Part shown: piece by piece, positions 46,631-59,130 of the stretch
How the letters are laid out: the number at the start of each line of letters is the position of its first letter
How positions within the stretch are numbered: the stretch's first letter is position 1
NCBI RefSeq assembly: GCF_018350175.1
Contig: NC_058368.1
Coordinates: forward strand, 237,772,001 to 237,836,000
DNA length: 64,000 nt
From: Felis catus
Lineage: Eukaryota
Direction: 5' to 3'
Program-made: the position numbers and the translations under genes
The notes under the pieces: generated by a model
What the model saw: only the letters and a program-made list of their open reading frames with translations
Told to the model about the DNA's origin: nothing
Database searches by the model: none

Positions 46631-49035
46631 GGAACTGGAGGAGACAGAGAGCAAGAACTGAAAAGCAAGAGGCATGTGACCGGCCGGACAAAGGCCTGTG
46701 TCTCTGCCTCGCGAGGGCACGGTGTAGCCGCTGTCCCGCACGCGCCCCCACCCAGCTCAGGGCAGCACACCGGGACTCTGGGGACACAGGAATTCTCTCC
46801 GCCCCGGGAGGAGGGGCAGGTGGGCGTGGCTTGGGAGAGGCCGGGCCAGCAGCCCTCGCCTGGAAGGGAAGATCACACTGAGATCGGGGAGCCCGCTGGA
46901 GGGGCGCTGGCTCCGGGGCCTCCGGGACCGACATCACCCTCCTCACTGGGCCGCACCTGCTCCCAGTGCCGCCAGACGGGCTTTGAGAAGGAGCCCGTCG
47001 GGGTGAGCCAGGACGCCCTGCTTTCTCCTCCGGTTTCCTGCCTGGACACCCTCGGATGCTCCCGTGAGCCGGCTCCGCGCCCGCCAGGCCTCACTACACG
47101 GGTGTGAACGGCGAGGGAGCCTCTTCCCGTGAAGGAAGATGCGCTAACTGCCCGTGACTGACCTCCTGACCTAGGTGACGCTCGTTCCTACGTTTCTACT
47201 GGTAGAGTACCCATTGGTTTATACGCACTTATTGTCATCACAGAGCAAGAAAATAATTTGGAACCGAAGTACTTTCACTTCAAAAGGTTTTGGATTTTTG
47301 TGTCCAGGAAATCTCAAAATATACGAGCCATTAATTGGAAAAAAAAAAAAAAAAGGTCACTAGTCTATGACTGAGTGGAAACTGTGGGCCCTGAAAATAA
47401 TCTCCCCCAAGCTGTGTCCCTTCAAGGTCTGGCCCCGGTGTCCCCGCGCTGCCGCGTTTGTGGGCGCGCCCTCTGTCCCCAGCAGCCAGCGCCACTGGCC
47501 AAGCCCAGAGCCGGGTCACGGGAACTCCGGTCTGCGAGGCTCAGTCCCTGGTAGTGTATTAGGTGACTCTGGCGATGGGAGGCGATCCTGGGAGCTCAGG
47601 CGCCACAGGGTGTGTCTAGAGCGATGCTTCCCAGCCTGATACTAACCACTGACCCCCTCGGCCCCGGTGTCAGCACCTCCACTGTGGGTGCCTGTTTTAG
47701 CTTGTGGGTTCCCTTCCTGGAAAGCTGGACTGGTTTCTGTTCCACTGGGTTGTAATGAGGATGAGATTAATTTAACCACCAAAAATACCAGATGATTAAG
47801 GGCTGGTTGTGAACTCTCAGATGCCAAAGGTAAATGGTTTTCCGTAAATGGTTTTTCCGAGGAACATAAGCCACAAGAAAAGAGCTTCCCTTGCACGGAT
47901 ACAAGCAGAAATCCGCATGAACCACGGGAAACCTATGGTCCTCATTCCTTCCTGCCAGAGACACCCCGGGATCGGTGTGTCTGTCTTCCGAGGACTTGAG
48001 GTCGTGCCTGCAGGTGCAATCAACCCACAGTCAGTGGCCAGACGGGGCAGACTTTGCCTTCAGTCATCGAAAAGGCATTTCGAGTGAGGTTCGAGGCACC
48101 TGTGAGGGCCTCCCCTGACACGCCACAGCATCTTCGGAAGATGGTGACGGGCCATGGCACAGACACCCACCGCTGGTCTCCACCGTCAGGGGCTCAGGGA
48201 GGCAGGCGAGGCTGCGGGGCTGGAGGACGGGGGCCGCTGGGAAAGGGAACTGGACCCCGGAAGCCTTGTCCTCCTCGACTGTGAGGTGAGGCTGGAGCTC
48301 CTAGGGTCCTTCCGGAATACCAAGCACCACCCAACACTGCACCTCAGTCAGTGGACAAAGAGGCTTGGAGCACGGGTGCCTTGTGAGCCCAGCCCTGCTC
48401 GGCCGCGGAGGTTTTAATTAGATTTCTGTACTTCCAACCTCAGCAGGCAATATCAGCTTTATGAACAGAGATGAGGAATCATTTCGACATTAAGTCTGGG
48501 GTGGAAAGAATGGATTCAATCACATCCTTCATCAGACATCTCCAGGGTTCAAACCACACTCAGGGTGGCCGGGAGATTTTATCCCGCTGCCCGGGCAGGA
48601 GGAACCGACATGGTGAGCAGGAAATTGGACTGTTCCTATACAGGAAATAACAGCACTCTGTCAAAATCTACAGGAGAAACATGTGTTCAAATTTGCTGTC
48701 AATGCTCCGCGTATCTGATCGGAGAGCGCGAGGGCGAAATTGCAGGAGCGCGTGGTGTCAGCGCACAGCCTCCGTTTCAGCAGGAAGTGCGCGCAGACCC
48801 AGAGACATTGGCCGAAAGCAGCGTTTTTCTCCCACGACGGTATATGCAGCCTGTAAAATTGGAACACACGTTACGTTAACATAACATTCTGTCGTGTTTC
48901 GTATAACCGCTTTTTGAGAAAAAACCAAACACACAGAGCCATAACCGGTCGTTACTCGTGACTCACAGCCAAAACAGAGAGAAGAACTCGGCACTAAAAT
49001 GAGGCAGTAAGAACAGATTAAAATTTGTTGACATT

Positions 49036-49135
49036 GGGACACCTGGCTGGCTCATTCGGTAGAGCATGAGACTCTCGATCTCCGAGTCATGAGTTCAACC
49101 CCACGCTGGGCGTAGAGATTACTGAAAAGAATTCC
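49036..49135 (+). mobile_element. Short tRNA-Lys-derived carnivore SINE (not a functional tRNA)
   Basis: gggacacctggctggctcattcggtagagcatgagactctcgatctc...gagttcaaccccacgctgggcgtagagattact; degenerate A/B boxes and SINE-type 3' extension. Confidence 0.85.
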
Positions 49136-49914
49136 TGAAAAACTGCTGAAATTGTCTACAAATATACGGTATTGCCTTTAAAGTAATCTGTTATGTAGTG
49201 TTAGATAATAATCTATGCCACATATCGTATGGCTATACATCTTATACTACAGAATACGCGTTACATAATATGGATATTATATGATACACAATTATATTAC
49301 GCTGCATATGGTATATGTCATATACCATATATTACACGACAGTGTGGTCACTGACCAGGTGGTTAGACCCAGAGATCCGATTCCCGTGAAGCCACACCAA
49401 ATCTCTGGCCGTTCCACCCAAAGTTCACCTTGGGTTCACTGTCTGATGAACCACAGGCCCACCCAGCCCACAGCTGGTCCAGTCTTCCAGAGAGAGGTGG
49501 CGTGGGGCCCAGATCTTTTTATCAGCCCGAGGAGAGGCTCTTGAGAAGCCCCCACACCCCGCGTGGCTTTCCCGGTTTTACCGAGGCTGCTCGGCCAAGG
49601 GCACAGACGGGCCATGCGTTAGACCCTCAGCCGCGCCATCGCAACCCGCACACCCGGCCCTCGGGGCGCCGCGCCGTGGGGCTCCCGCAGAGCCAAGGCT
49701 ATACCGACGGTAACTACTGTGCAGAATGGCAGCAGACCTCCTTCTCTTCCTGAACTCAAATAATTGGGGGGTGGCCTCTCTAAATGCAGCGGAGGCCTCC
49801 CCTCAAACCCACGCGACGAGGACAGAGACAGTGTTGGGGTGGCCTGATGGGCGGCCGGGAGAAGACCAGCGAGTGCCTCTTCCAGGCGCGTTGAGCCGGG
49901 ACAGGCCGTCGTAC

Positions 49915-50468
49915 TGATGCCCTGGTTCCCAGGTGTGCGGCCACAAATTCCCAAGTTTCGTGGGGGATGGGCACTGAGGAGGGCACTTGTTGGGTTGAGC
50001 ACTGGGAGTTGTATGGAAGCCAATTTGACAATAAATTATAGTAAAAAAAAAAACCCCAGCAAACTAACAAGTTTCACAGCTACAACACAAATTCATTCTC
50101 TACGGTTTTGGGGTCCAAAGTGTAAAGTGAGGGTGTGGTGGGAACCCGTGTCCTCGCTTCTGGGGCTGTTGGGAGCCGTCTGCACTTGTTGGCGGGTGGC
50201 CTCGTCCCCGTCCTCACCGCCAATGACTCGGCCTCTCGTGTCTCAGGCTCCGCTTCCCCCTCCCGTGTCCACTGGCCTACCTGACCCTGCTGCCCCCTCC
50301 TAAGGGCCCTTGCGACTGTGCTGGGCACACCCACAAAATTCAGGACGGTCTCCTCGTCCAAAGACACTTAACGTAAATGTTTCTTTTGCCACGTAAGGTG
50401 ACGTAGTCTCTGGTTCTGGGACTAATTAGCACGTGGACGTCGTTGGGGGCATCAACCAGCCCACCGCA
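49915..50468 (-). mobile_element. MLT1D/E-like solo LTR remnant, containing a short L1
   Basis: caacacaaattcattctctacggttttgggg...cttttgccacgtaaggtgacgtagtctctggttctggga...ggggcatcaaccagcccaccgca. Confidence 0.7.
49962..50053 (+). mobile_element. Ultra-short (~90 bp) 5'-truncated felid L1 3' terminus with poly(A)
   Basis: Matches the reverse complement of the L1 end at ~19510-19600 (gatgggcactgaggagggcac...gttgtatggaagccaatttgacaataaa plus A-tail). Confidence 0.9.
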
Positions 50469-51030
50469 CGGAAGGGAAGCCTGATCATCACAGGAGAGCA
50501 AGCCCGAAAGCCACTGTCTTCCAAAATCATCGCGGGCACCCTTGGTTCCGGGATGCTGGGCAGGCTGAGAAGGGGAGGACCGGGCAGGGTCTCGTCACCG
50601 CAGGTGCACCTCACCGGGTGGGCCCTGAGGGTCCAGAGCGCCGTCTGTCCACAAGGGAGCGTTCACCCTTGTCACATACAGAGGACAAGGGTGGCTCTGG
50701 CCTGAGGGCCCCTTTGGTGTCCCCTGTGCACGGGCGGGGGTAGAACCAAGGCTTTGCTGCCTTTGGGAAGCAGATGGGATCCCAGCCTGGCTTCGCTGCC
50801 TTCCGGTCAGGACGAGCCGCTGGCTCAGAGCGGAGAAAGGACACGCAGACACCGGACAGTCCTGGACCCTCTGCTGCCCCAGCCGGCCCGACCCTTGTGA
50901 GACAGAAGCGTTCCCAGGTAGGATCACAGGTGCAGCGGCCCCTTCTGGTTGGGGCCAAGGATGTGCGCAGCAGGTGGGTGGCCTGAATGAGGGGTGGGGT
51001 CAGTGAGACAGAAGGCACTTCAGGGCCCTG

Positions 51031-51215
51031 GGTGGGGGGGGGGAGCGCGAAGGGGAGGGCGAAGGGCGGGGAGAGGGGCGGGGAGAGGGGCAGGGCCCTG
51101 GGGTGGGGTGAGGGGAGAGGGGCGCGGAGAGGGGCGGGACTGGGGGGGGCGAGGGACAGGGCTCTGGGGCGGGGCGAGGAGTGGGGTGGGGTGGGGAGAG
51201 AGGCGGGGCTAGGGG
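51031..51215 (+). repeat. G-run-rich tract, potential G-quadruplex cluster
   Basis: Many closely spaced G3-G9 runs. Confidence 0.85.
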
Positions 51216-52186
51216 CCACTAGGTCTCAGCTGCCACCTGGCCCTTGTCCATGTTAGTACGTGGGCACCACACTGTCAACATTTTTTCCTGATACATAACA
51301 GAAATGTGTATATTATGTAACATCTTCAGATTAGTATTTGTCTTATTTTTGAAAAATACTTTGTTTTTTAGAACAGTCTTAGGATTACAGAGACTTGTAA
51401 GAGGGGACAAAGAGTTTCCCTGAACCCCGTCCGTAGGGCCGCTTGTTCCCCAGTCTTAGTTCAGTACGGTCCATCACTGTTAATGAACCAGTGTCAGCCC
51501 AGTGTTCTTAACCATCCCCCACACTTTATTCGGATTTCCTTAGTTTTTACCCATTTTTCCAGGATCCCGTAGAAGACAGCACCTTATATTAGTGGTTGCC
51601 GAACCCCACAGCATCTGTGTTTTCTCCTAGAAATTTTACAGTTTTGCACTTGACATTTAGGTGCATGGTCCCTACTGATTAATTTTTGTGGAAGGAGTGA
51701 GGTGTGTGCTCGATTATTTACTGACCTCCTGCCTGCCTGCCTGCCCGCATGTAGGACCAGTTCCAGGATCTGCTGGGAAGACATCATTCTCCTGTGACTT
51801 GTCTTCACTTCACCTCCAGGACCAGTTGACTGCGTTTGTGAGGCCCCGCCCGTGTGCCCTCTCCCCCGCCCCGTCCATCTAGTGCCCCTTCTCTCACTAA
51901 TACCGTGAGGACTGGCGACCACGGCTTTATAGCAGGCCTTGAGACGGCCAGTGGGTCCTCCAAATGTCCTACGCCTCCTCGGTATTGTGTTGGCCATTCC
52001 AAGTCTGTTCCTTTTCTATATACATTGTGAATAAGTTTGTCCGTGTCTACAAAATGGGTTTCTGGCATTTGGGCCGATGTTGTGTTGTATCCGTGCGTCA
52101 AGTAGGAAAGAATCAACCCGTTAATGTTATCGATTCTCCCAATCCAAGAACCTGGACTCTATCTCCATTTACTTGGAATTCTTGGA

Positions 52187-52292
52187 TTTTTTTAAATATT
52201 TATTTATTTTTGGGGAGAGCGCAAGCAGGGGAGGAGCAGAGAGGGGGAGACAGAGGATCTGACGCAGGCTCCAGGCTCTGAGCTGTCAGCAC
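52187..52292 (-). mobile_element. 5'-truncated SINEC fragment
   Basis: Only the tail and 3' half (...gcaggctccaggctctgagctgtcagcac); no TSD seen. Confidence 0.9.
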
Positions 52293-52393
52293 CTGTTACA
52301 TTTACACCTAGGTATTTTAGTTTTATAGGTGAGTTGTAAGTGGTACGTCTGTAGGTATGTACGTGTCTATCAGATACATACATACATACTGTA

Positions 52394-52453
52394 GAGATAG
52401 ATGATTGACAGATAGATAGATAGATAGATGATAGATTGATAGATAATAGAAAT

Positions 52454-52503
<50 letters not shown>

Positions 52504-52644
52504 GATAGACAATAGATAGATGATGGATAGATGATAGATTGATAGATAATAGAAATAAAGATAGATAGATAGATAGATAGATGATAGACAATAGATAGAT
52601 AGATAGATAGATAGATAGATGATAGATTGATAGATAATAGAAAT

Positions 52645-52682
<38 letters not shown>

Positions 52683-52776
52683 GATGGATGATAGATAGAT
52701 AATAGATAGATAGATGATAGATTGATAGATAGATAATAGAAATAAAGATAGATAGATAGATAGATAGATGATAGAT
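52394..52776. repeat. Complex (GATA)n STR with higher-order structure
   Basis: (GATA)n blocks separated by four copies of AGATAATAGAAATAAAG (~52441, 52544, 52632, 52731). Confidence 0.97.
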
Positions 52777-55237
52777 AAGATATGGATACATAGGTTGTGC
52801 ACGTGTCTGACATTTTAATTGTTCACTGCCGATATATGGGAAATCAATGGACTTTTTGTGTATTGAATTTATTTCGGTCCTATGACCTTGCTGTGTTTGC
52901 TTGTTGTTGCCAGGACGTTTTTTCACAGTTGTTTGAGATTCTCTGACCCCAGAAGGCCGTGTCCCCACACGGGGGAGCGTGCCTGGCCCCCATGTGTCTT
53001 TGAGCAAGGCACCCCCCCACAGAAATGCTGGCTTGCCCCAGAGAGCATCTTTTGGGTGTAGATCCTGGAACCCACAATTCTGGTTTATAGCTACGGGGGA
53101 CGCATAAACAGCGAGGGACAGAGATGCGTGTGAGGTTGGGGGCGAGGGGTAGAGTTTCCAAGAACACTGCAAAGAAGTCAAGGACCATGCTGAGCGGGGA
53201 GAAGGTTTGTTTACTTTCTGGCTATTTCTTCTTTTCCTTGAATATCTTGCCTCTGGACGGATGGTTGCCTCTGAGGATGTTATATTTAGAAAAGCAGTCG
53301 GAGAGAGAAGGGGTTACCTTTCAAATCCTCGGGCCAGTTGATCACACAGAGCCTTCCCGTGTGTCGCTCTAAGGCACAATTATGTGTAAGCAGGACCCCC
53401 TCTGAGAATTCACGTGAGGATCCGAAACTGGAGCTGGAGCCCGAGCTCAGTGGCGCCGTATGTAACATAATTATTCTGGCCGCTGATATTCTGCCACCAC
53501 ATCTGTCCTTTTTGCTTCCACAGAAACAGGAAATCAGACACACGCGAGACGTTTTCTGGGCTGCGCGCACGTTGGTGTCTTGTTACCCGAGCCGTTCCCC
53601 GGGCTGGCGGATTACGTCGTCGCCCCGCGGAGCCGTGGGTGTGCGAGGGAACGGGCCCCGACCGTCTGCTTGCCCTGCCCGTCTCCTTTTTAAGGTGCTT
53701 GTATGTTGTGGGCGTCCTCGCCCCAGCCGCGAGCGAGGCTTGCAAGCGGGAACGATGCCGTTGTACGGACCGGGGACACAACGGCATTTAGGGGATCGGG
53801 ATCAGGGCTCCGCAGCACTGAAGTGGCCCGGGGAAGGCCAACAGGCCCCGTGACCAGCCGCCCGGCGCCGAGGCCCAGGAGGCCGCCTGGCATTCAGGCT
53901 CGCGCTCCCTCCAGGAGCCCGGGTGGAAACTCACTCCCCCTGCTCCTCCTCCTGACACCCCGGCAAAGCCACACCAGGAATGTCAGGACCCGGGAGCCCC
54001 GGCCCCACGCGTTTCTCCAAGTTAGGCGCGTCCCCGCGGTGTGAGCGCCGACGTAGGGCAAACCTGTGAGTCCTTCGGCAAAAGCTACATTTCCCTGGTG
54101 GTGCCACAGGCGTGGTGTGTCAGAGGCATCAGCTACGCCTTTGAGCCCAAACACCTGAGCTTTGGCCTCGTGGAGGGGCGCCTGAGCTTCTCAACCTCTG
54201 ACGCACATTTCAGATGCTTTGCTTGGGGATAAGGTGCTTCCCGTCCGCAAAGCGGGAGCAGGGGACACCTGTCCCTCCCCACCGTGTGCGGGATGTTGGC
54301 GATGACAAAGTAAAACAGGCTCGCTCCACTGTCTGTTCACTGTTGCAGGGGCCAGTCACGTGGGACCCGGGCTGTGTCGTGAGAACCCGTATCCTAACAG
54401 TCTTTGGCAGCGTCTGAATGCGTGTGGCCAGAGGGGAGAGACTGGAGGGCCCCTGGCAGACTCCCGTGTGGTTGTGCAGCCGTCCTCCAGCAGACTCTAA
54501 GCCAAGGGTGGGTGACGGTCCGACGAGGCAGAAGAAAAATCCCAGAGACGCCGATGGAGACAGGAGACTCGGGTTTATGGGGGAACCGCCGTGCGGGGAG
54601 CCAGGAGCTCCCTGACCGGACAGAGCCTCCGCTGCTGGGATCTATGTGCAGTGAGCGAGATCGTACAGCACGGCAGCTCGGCCTGGAGGCTATCGGCCCA
54701 TCCCCTCCTTGCACGGCCAGCGTTCCCAGGTCAAGGGCTACTTACTGTCTGACATTCTTTGCTGCAAAGGAGATGCTCCAAGTTGGCCACCCCAGAGCCC
54801 TGAACTTGGACGCTGGAATCTACACATCTCATGTGCATTCTGCTTGGTGGGAATGGAGAGTGAGGACAGGATCTCCACGTTCCCAAGATAGTGATTGACT
54901 CAGGGATTCAGGCCCTGCTTGCCCACCCCAGCTTCCAGCACAGACTACACAGCATCCGGTGGTGCTGCCCTCCGTTCTAGAACTGCCCTCGTAATCCAGA
55001 CAGAGCCCAGGGGAGGGGAGACGGTAGGACCTCTGAGATCTGGTTTCCACCCTCTGGGGCGATGAGGGGCCAGGAAAGAATGGAGATGAGCTACATCCAA
55101 GTACGCTCGTGTCCTTGCTGGGCACCTGACCTTGAACTTGGATCCTGAGTTTTGTGGCCCTGCTGGGTGAAGGTGCTAAACTAAACACTGGGAATGTAGC
55201 GGCTGGGGGTCCGGGACCTCTGTTGTCATCCAGACCC

Positions 55238-55382
55238 GGGCTGCTGAGAGTGTGGTCTGTGGATAGAGCATCAGCGTCACCCGGGAGCCAGTCCCAGACC
55301 CTCCGCCCTCAACACACAGGATCGGGATCCATGTGTGAACAAGATCTCACGGTCCGTGCGTGTGCTCAACTTGGAGGCACCC
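55238..55382. mobile_element. MER5-family (hAT-Charlie) DNA transposon remnant
   Basis: gagtgtggtctgtgga...agcatcagcgtcacccgggagc...aacaagatctc... Confidence 0.6.
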
Positions 55383-56707
55383 GGACGTTCTGGAAGACTG
55401 CACTTGTCCTCTTTGTTCCCTCGAGCCATGTGGTTGGAATGGATACTGGTCTGCTGGGCTGTGGAACCCTGGGCAGGAGGAAGCTGGTCCTCATGGTGCT
55501 GAATGTGGGTCTAGGACCTGCACAAATACTCACGGAAGTAGCAGCTCCAGAGGACGCAGAAGGCCGCCCAGCAGAGAACACGACGTGACTGGCTCATTCG
55601 GGGGCCGCAGGCTCTAGGAGGCTCCGCGGCGCACGGGAGCACAGCCTCCTTCCGGCGGATGGTCATGCGTCTTCACAGGGTCGCTCTCCACACACTGCGT
55701 GTAGGACCCATTCAGTCTACAGTGCGGTGTCTGCCTCCCACGGGTGTTTGTCCTCCCACAACGGAGCCGCGCGCTGGGGTGCCGTCGTCTCCCCTGGACC
55801 ACTGGCACCGGGCTCCCCACCCTTCTCCGGTCTGCCCCGGATGCCGCCCCGAGTTTGTCTGCCAAATCACAAGTGGTTAACGCTTCCCGCCTCTTGCCGA
55901 GAGACCTTCGCTGAGACCACGCGGCGCCTCTAATGTGTGAACTCTGAGCTGCTTTATTTAGCACAGTCTTACGGATAACTCTCAAGACGATGCAGACGGG
56001 CACAGGTTTTCTCTCGTCTTTCCGATCCTTTTTTTTTTTTTTTTTTGAATTGATAAAGTACCAGGGGATTTGGATGGCCGGAGTGGGATGAACGCATGTG
56101 TTCATCTCAACTAAATCCTGAGATCCACGACGGCAGTGAAAGACCGAGGTGGCGTATCAGGGAGTGGGTCATGGCAAATGAAAGCTGCCAACCACATTTC
56201 GGGGCAGAGGAATGCTTCCGGGCAGTGGTGTAAGCAGTGGACCTGTCTACACCACAGGGCCCAGGCTAGACTGGCATTGATGGTCAGCACGATTGGCTGA
56301 GCACCAGAGGGGGCCACGTCCATGCAAGGCCCCTTGCCAGCCACACGGGGACCCCAGGAAAGACTGTGCTCGGGGCTCTGGTTCCTTGGGTGCAGCCAAC
56401 GGGGTGATGGGGAACTCACTAGGAGGTAATGCAGTTATTGAACAAGCCAGCCCGGGTGCAGCAGGAAACAGCTTTATTGTTTCCCAGCCCCGCTCTACTC
56501 AGGACTTCTGCTTCCTCCCTCCGAGGTCACCACCTGGGTTGATTCCTGATTCCTGAGATTCCCTCCGAGGGAGCCCTAAATGCCCCATCCAGCTTCACAT
56601 CAAACCTTGGGTCTCCTGTCCCATGTCGGGCAGCCACTGGTTTCTACAGGTCCCCAACACCATCAGAAGGACGTTCCCTATGCCTCCCTGGCTGGACCGA
56701 GGGGTCA

Positions 56708-57030
56708 CGCTGTGGTCGGTGTGTTCTTAATGTTGGAATTGTGTGCCCAGGGTGACAGCGTTAGGCGGGTGGAGCCCTGGGGAGGGAATTGGGTTATGAG
56801 CGTGGAGCCCCCACGGTCAGACGGTTAGCGCCCTGATACAAGAGGCCCCGGGGACCCTGTCAGCCCTCTGCCAGGTGAGGACACGGGGAGAGGTCGCCCT
56901 CCCAGAACCTGCCCCCGCTGGCATCTGAGCAGGGACCTCCGGCACCAGAACCAACAGAAATACATCTCGGGTGTTGATAAGCCACTCAGCCTGGTCCGTG
57001 GTGTTTGCTGTAGCAGCTTGAGCTAAGACA
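56708..57030 (+). mobile_element. MLT1A-like solo LTR remnant
   Basis: ttaggcgggtggagccctgggg...gtgaggacac...gataagccactcagcc...gtagcagcttgagctaagaca terminus. Confidence 0.75.
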
Positions 57031-57275
57031 GTTCCCCCGCGGGGAGAGGGGAGGCCCTGCAGACGAGCGCTTATGCCCCGGCCCCTATACTCACTGCCGC
57101 TGAGCTCCACCCAGGTACGAGGGCTGTCAGAGCCCGTGTCCCCACCCGAAACGTGGGGGGCAGCCGTGGGCCTGTCAGCGGGCGAGGAGAGCTGCCCCAG
57201 GACTTTCTGCCAGGTTGGCAATGTTCTGGGCCACTAGTCTGGGAGGCACTGGGCTCACCCATCTGGGAGGCACTG

Positions 57276-57404
57276 GCCATGCCTGGCTATTGAGCGCTTG
57301 AGTTACCACTAGTGTGGCTCAGGCAGTGACTCTAAATTTATTTGATTTTAATTACTTTAAATTCAAATAGTCTCCTGTGTTTAGTGGCTACCAAGTTAGC
57401 CAGC
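57276..57404. mobile_element. MER3-like (hAT-Charlie) remnant
   Basis: tggctattgagcgcttga...ttttaattactttaaattcaaatag...tagtggctacc. Confidence 0.75.
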
Positions 57405-58694
57405 TTTTAGTCAGAAAGACAGGATCCAAACCCCACAGTGGCAAAAGGAACGCGATCATGTCTCACATGAATTTCTTAGCCATATACATGGGGTTTTCCG
57501 TCACTGGATCAGGAACAAAGGGCTATAACGCAGCGAGGGGCAGAGAAGAATGCTTAGATGTCGAAAGTGTAAGCCTAAATAGTTTCTATAGGGGCTCTGC
57601 AGCCCACGGCTGGCGGGGACACACCTCGCCCACTGGGGCCAGCACCCACCTCGCCCCTCGGTGGGCCCTGGGTGTCTGTGCCTCTCTCGCTCTTGAATGG
57701 TGCCCACCGGACAAGAGAGGCTGAGTGTGTCTGAGGCCAGTTTCATCACGGGCGACACCACAGGCTGATGACCTGGGAAGTGCCTGCCGCCTGATGGCCT
57801 GGACCTGACCATCTGTGTCTGAGCCCAGAGCCACCCCTCACCCGGGGCCCTGGGGCAGCATGTCCCAAGGCCCCCAGCCCTGATGTAACGTCCCCACCAG
57901 GCAGGCCGCACGCGTGCCCAGGACGGCGCTGCTCTGACTGCCCCCGAGTGCACACACCTGTGCCCTCCGTGAGCCTGTCTCGGCTTCCCTGCACCCCGGG
58001 CCCTCAGGTCTGTTCTGACGCTCAGCGAGGGGCTCGGGGAGAGGAAACACGATAGTCTTTGTGAAACCTAAAATAGCAGTAAAAGATACAATGCACAATG
58101 CAGAATAATTATTCATAAACGATCAGTAAGTAGAGAACATCCACAAGTGGAAAGTCTCGTGCACGTCCCAACAGCACATTCTGCAAAATGCAATGAAATC
58201 CCGCAAACCGCGATTAAATTCCCACCCACCAGAGCATCGCCTCACGGAGCATCCTTACACGGACGCCTCCAGGAGACGCGCACTGAAGGAGGGCGCACCA
58301 TTCGCCGGCGGCTTCTCCTCGGCTGGCAATTGAACTTTCCACCCGATCACTCGGCCGCCAGGACCGGAGAGGTAAGAACCCGGCGCTGGCCCGCCCCTCA
58401 CGAGGGAGCGCCCCCCCTCCCCCGGTCACACGCTGGCCTGACGTTGGAGGGGGCTTCTTTTCGACGAAGAAGGGCTGACATCGGCCTGGTGTCAGCTCCA
58501 GACTTTGGGGGGGGGGCGTCTTCTAGCCCACCCAGGCCCTCGGTCTACAGAGTGAACCAGAAAGAGCCCCGTCCTTATATAACTCACATGCAGTGGGAGC
58601 GCCAGGCAGAGGGGCAGCTAAGGACCAGAGAAGACAGAGCAGGCGGATCAGACCGGTGGGTGGGGACAGAGACAGAGGTCAAGGGAAGCACAAG

Positions 58695-59130
58695 GCAAGG
58701 TGACACTTGAGGACAGCTGTGCAGGAAGTGAAGAAGCAGACCGGAAGATAACCTGAGACAGAGCTTCCTGGTGGAGGTCACAGCAAGTGCAAAGGCCCCG
58801 AGGTAGGAGTGTGCCTGATGTGCTGGAGGGGCAGGGGAGAGGCCGTGGGGCTCAGCAGGGAGAGCAAGGGTGAGCTGCAGGGGTGTGGATCTGGGAGGTG
58901 ACAGGTGGCTCAAGCAGGGCTGGGAGGTGACTGAGGACCGAGGCTTCCATTCCTGGGTTGGGGGGGTTGGGGGCTCTGGCAGAAGGAGCTTGGAGCAGCT
59001 GAGGTTGTCTTTATTTGCTTGCCTCACTCTTCAAGAGCCAGAGTCTGCCTTCCAGGTTGAACGGCGGCAGAGGGGAGGCGCGCGGGCCATCCAGGAGGCT
59101 GCCGCGCAGGTGGTGGGGTGGGACGGGAGG
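58695..59130 (-). mobile_element. L2 remnant
   Basis: ggtgacacttgag...cagcaagtgcaaaggccccgaggtaggagtgtgcctg is a characteristic antisense L2 segment. Confidence 0.7.

Larger units (their letters stand above)
51340..52945 (-). mobile_element. Old L1 (L1MD-like 3' end plus ORF2 fragments), interrupted by a partial SINE and a GATA repeat
   Basis: ttttagaacagtcttaggattacagag...cactttattcggatttccttagttttta; ttttctcctagaaattttacagttttgcac; atttacacctaggtatttt; ttttgtgtattga...tgaccttgct. Confidence 0.75.

Noticed and set aside
46888..46910. CTCF-like motif (similar partial matches near 15950, 51230 and 56300)
   Set aside because: Imperfect spacing or core; partial matches are expected in GC-rich DNA and need a PWM scan or ChIP.
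45743..47107. Gly/Arg/Glu-rich and Pro/Ser-rich ORFs up to 385 aa
   Set aside because: Artefacts of the stop-free polypurine repeat; open on both strands in several frames.
49036..49110. tRNA-Lys gene
   Set aside because: Degenerate boxes and anticodon arm plus a SINE-type 3' extension; a tRNA-derived SINE.
49345..49357. IR1-like palindrome TGGTCACTGACCA
   Set aside because: Short, imperfect half-sites and no supporting context; compatible with chance.
52204..53181. 325-aa ORF with IYLS repeats
   Set aside because: Translation of (TATC)n plus L1 and SINE remnants.
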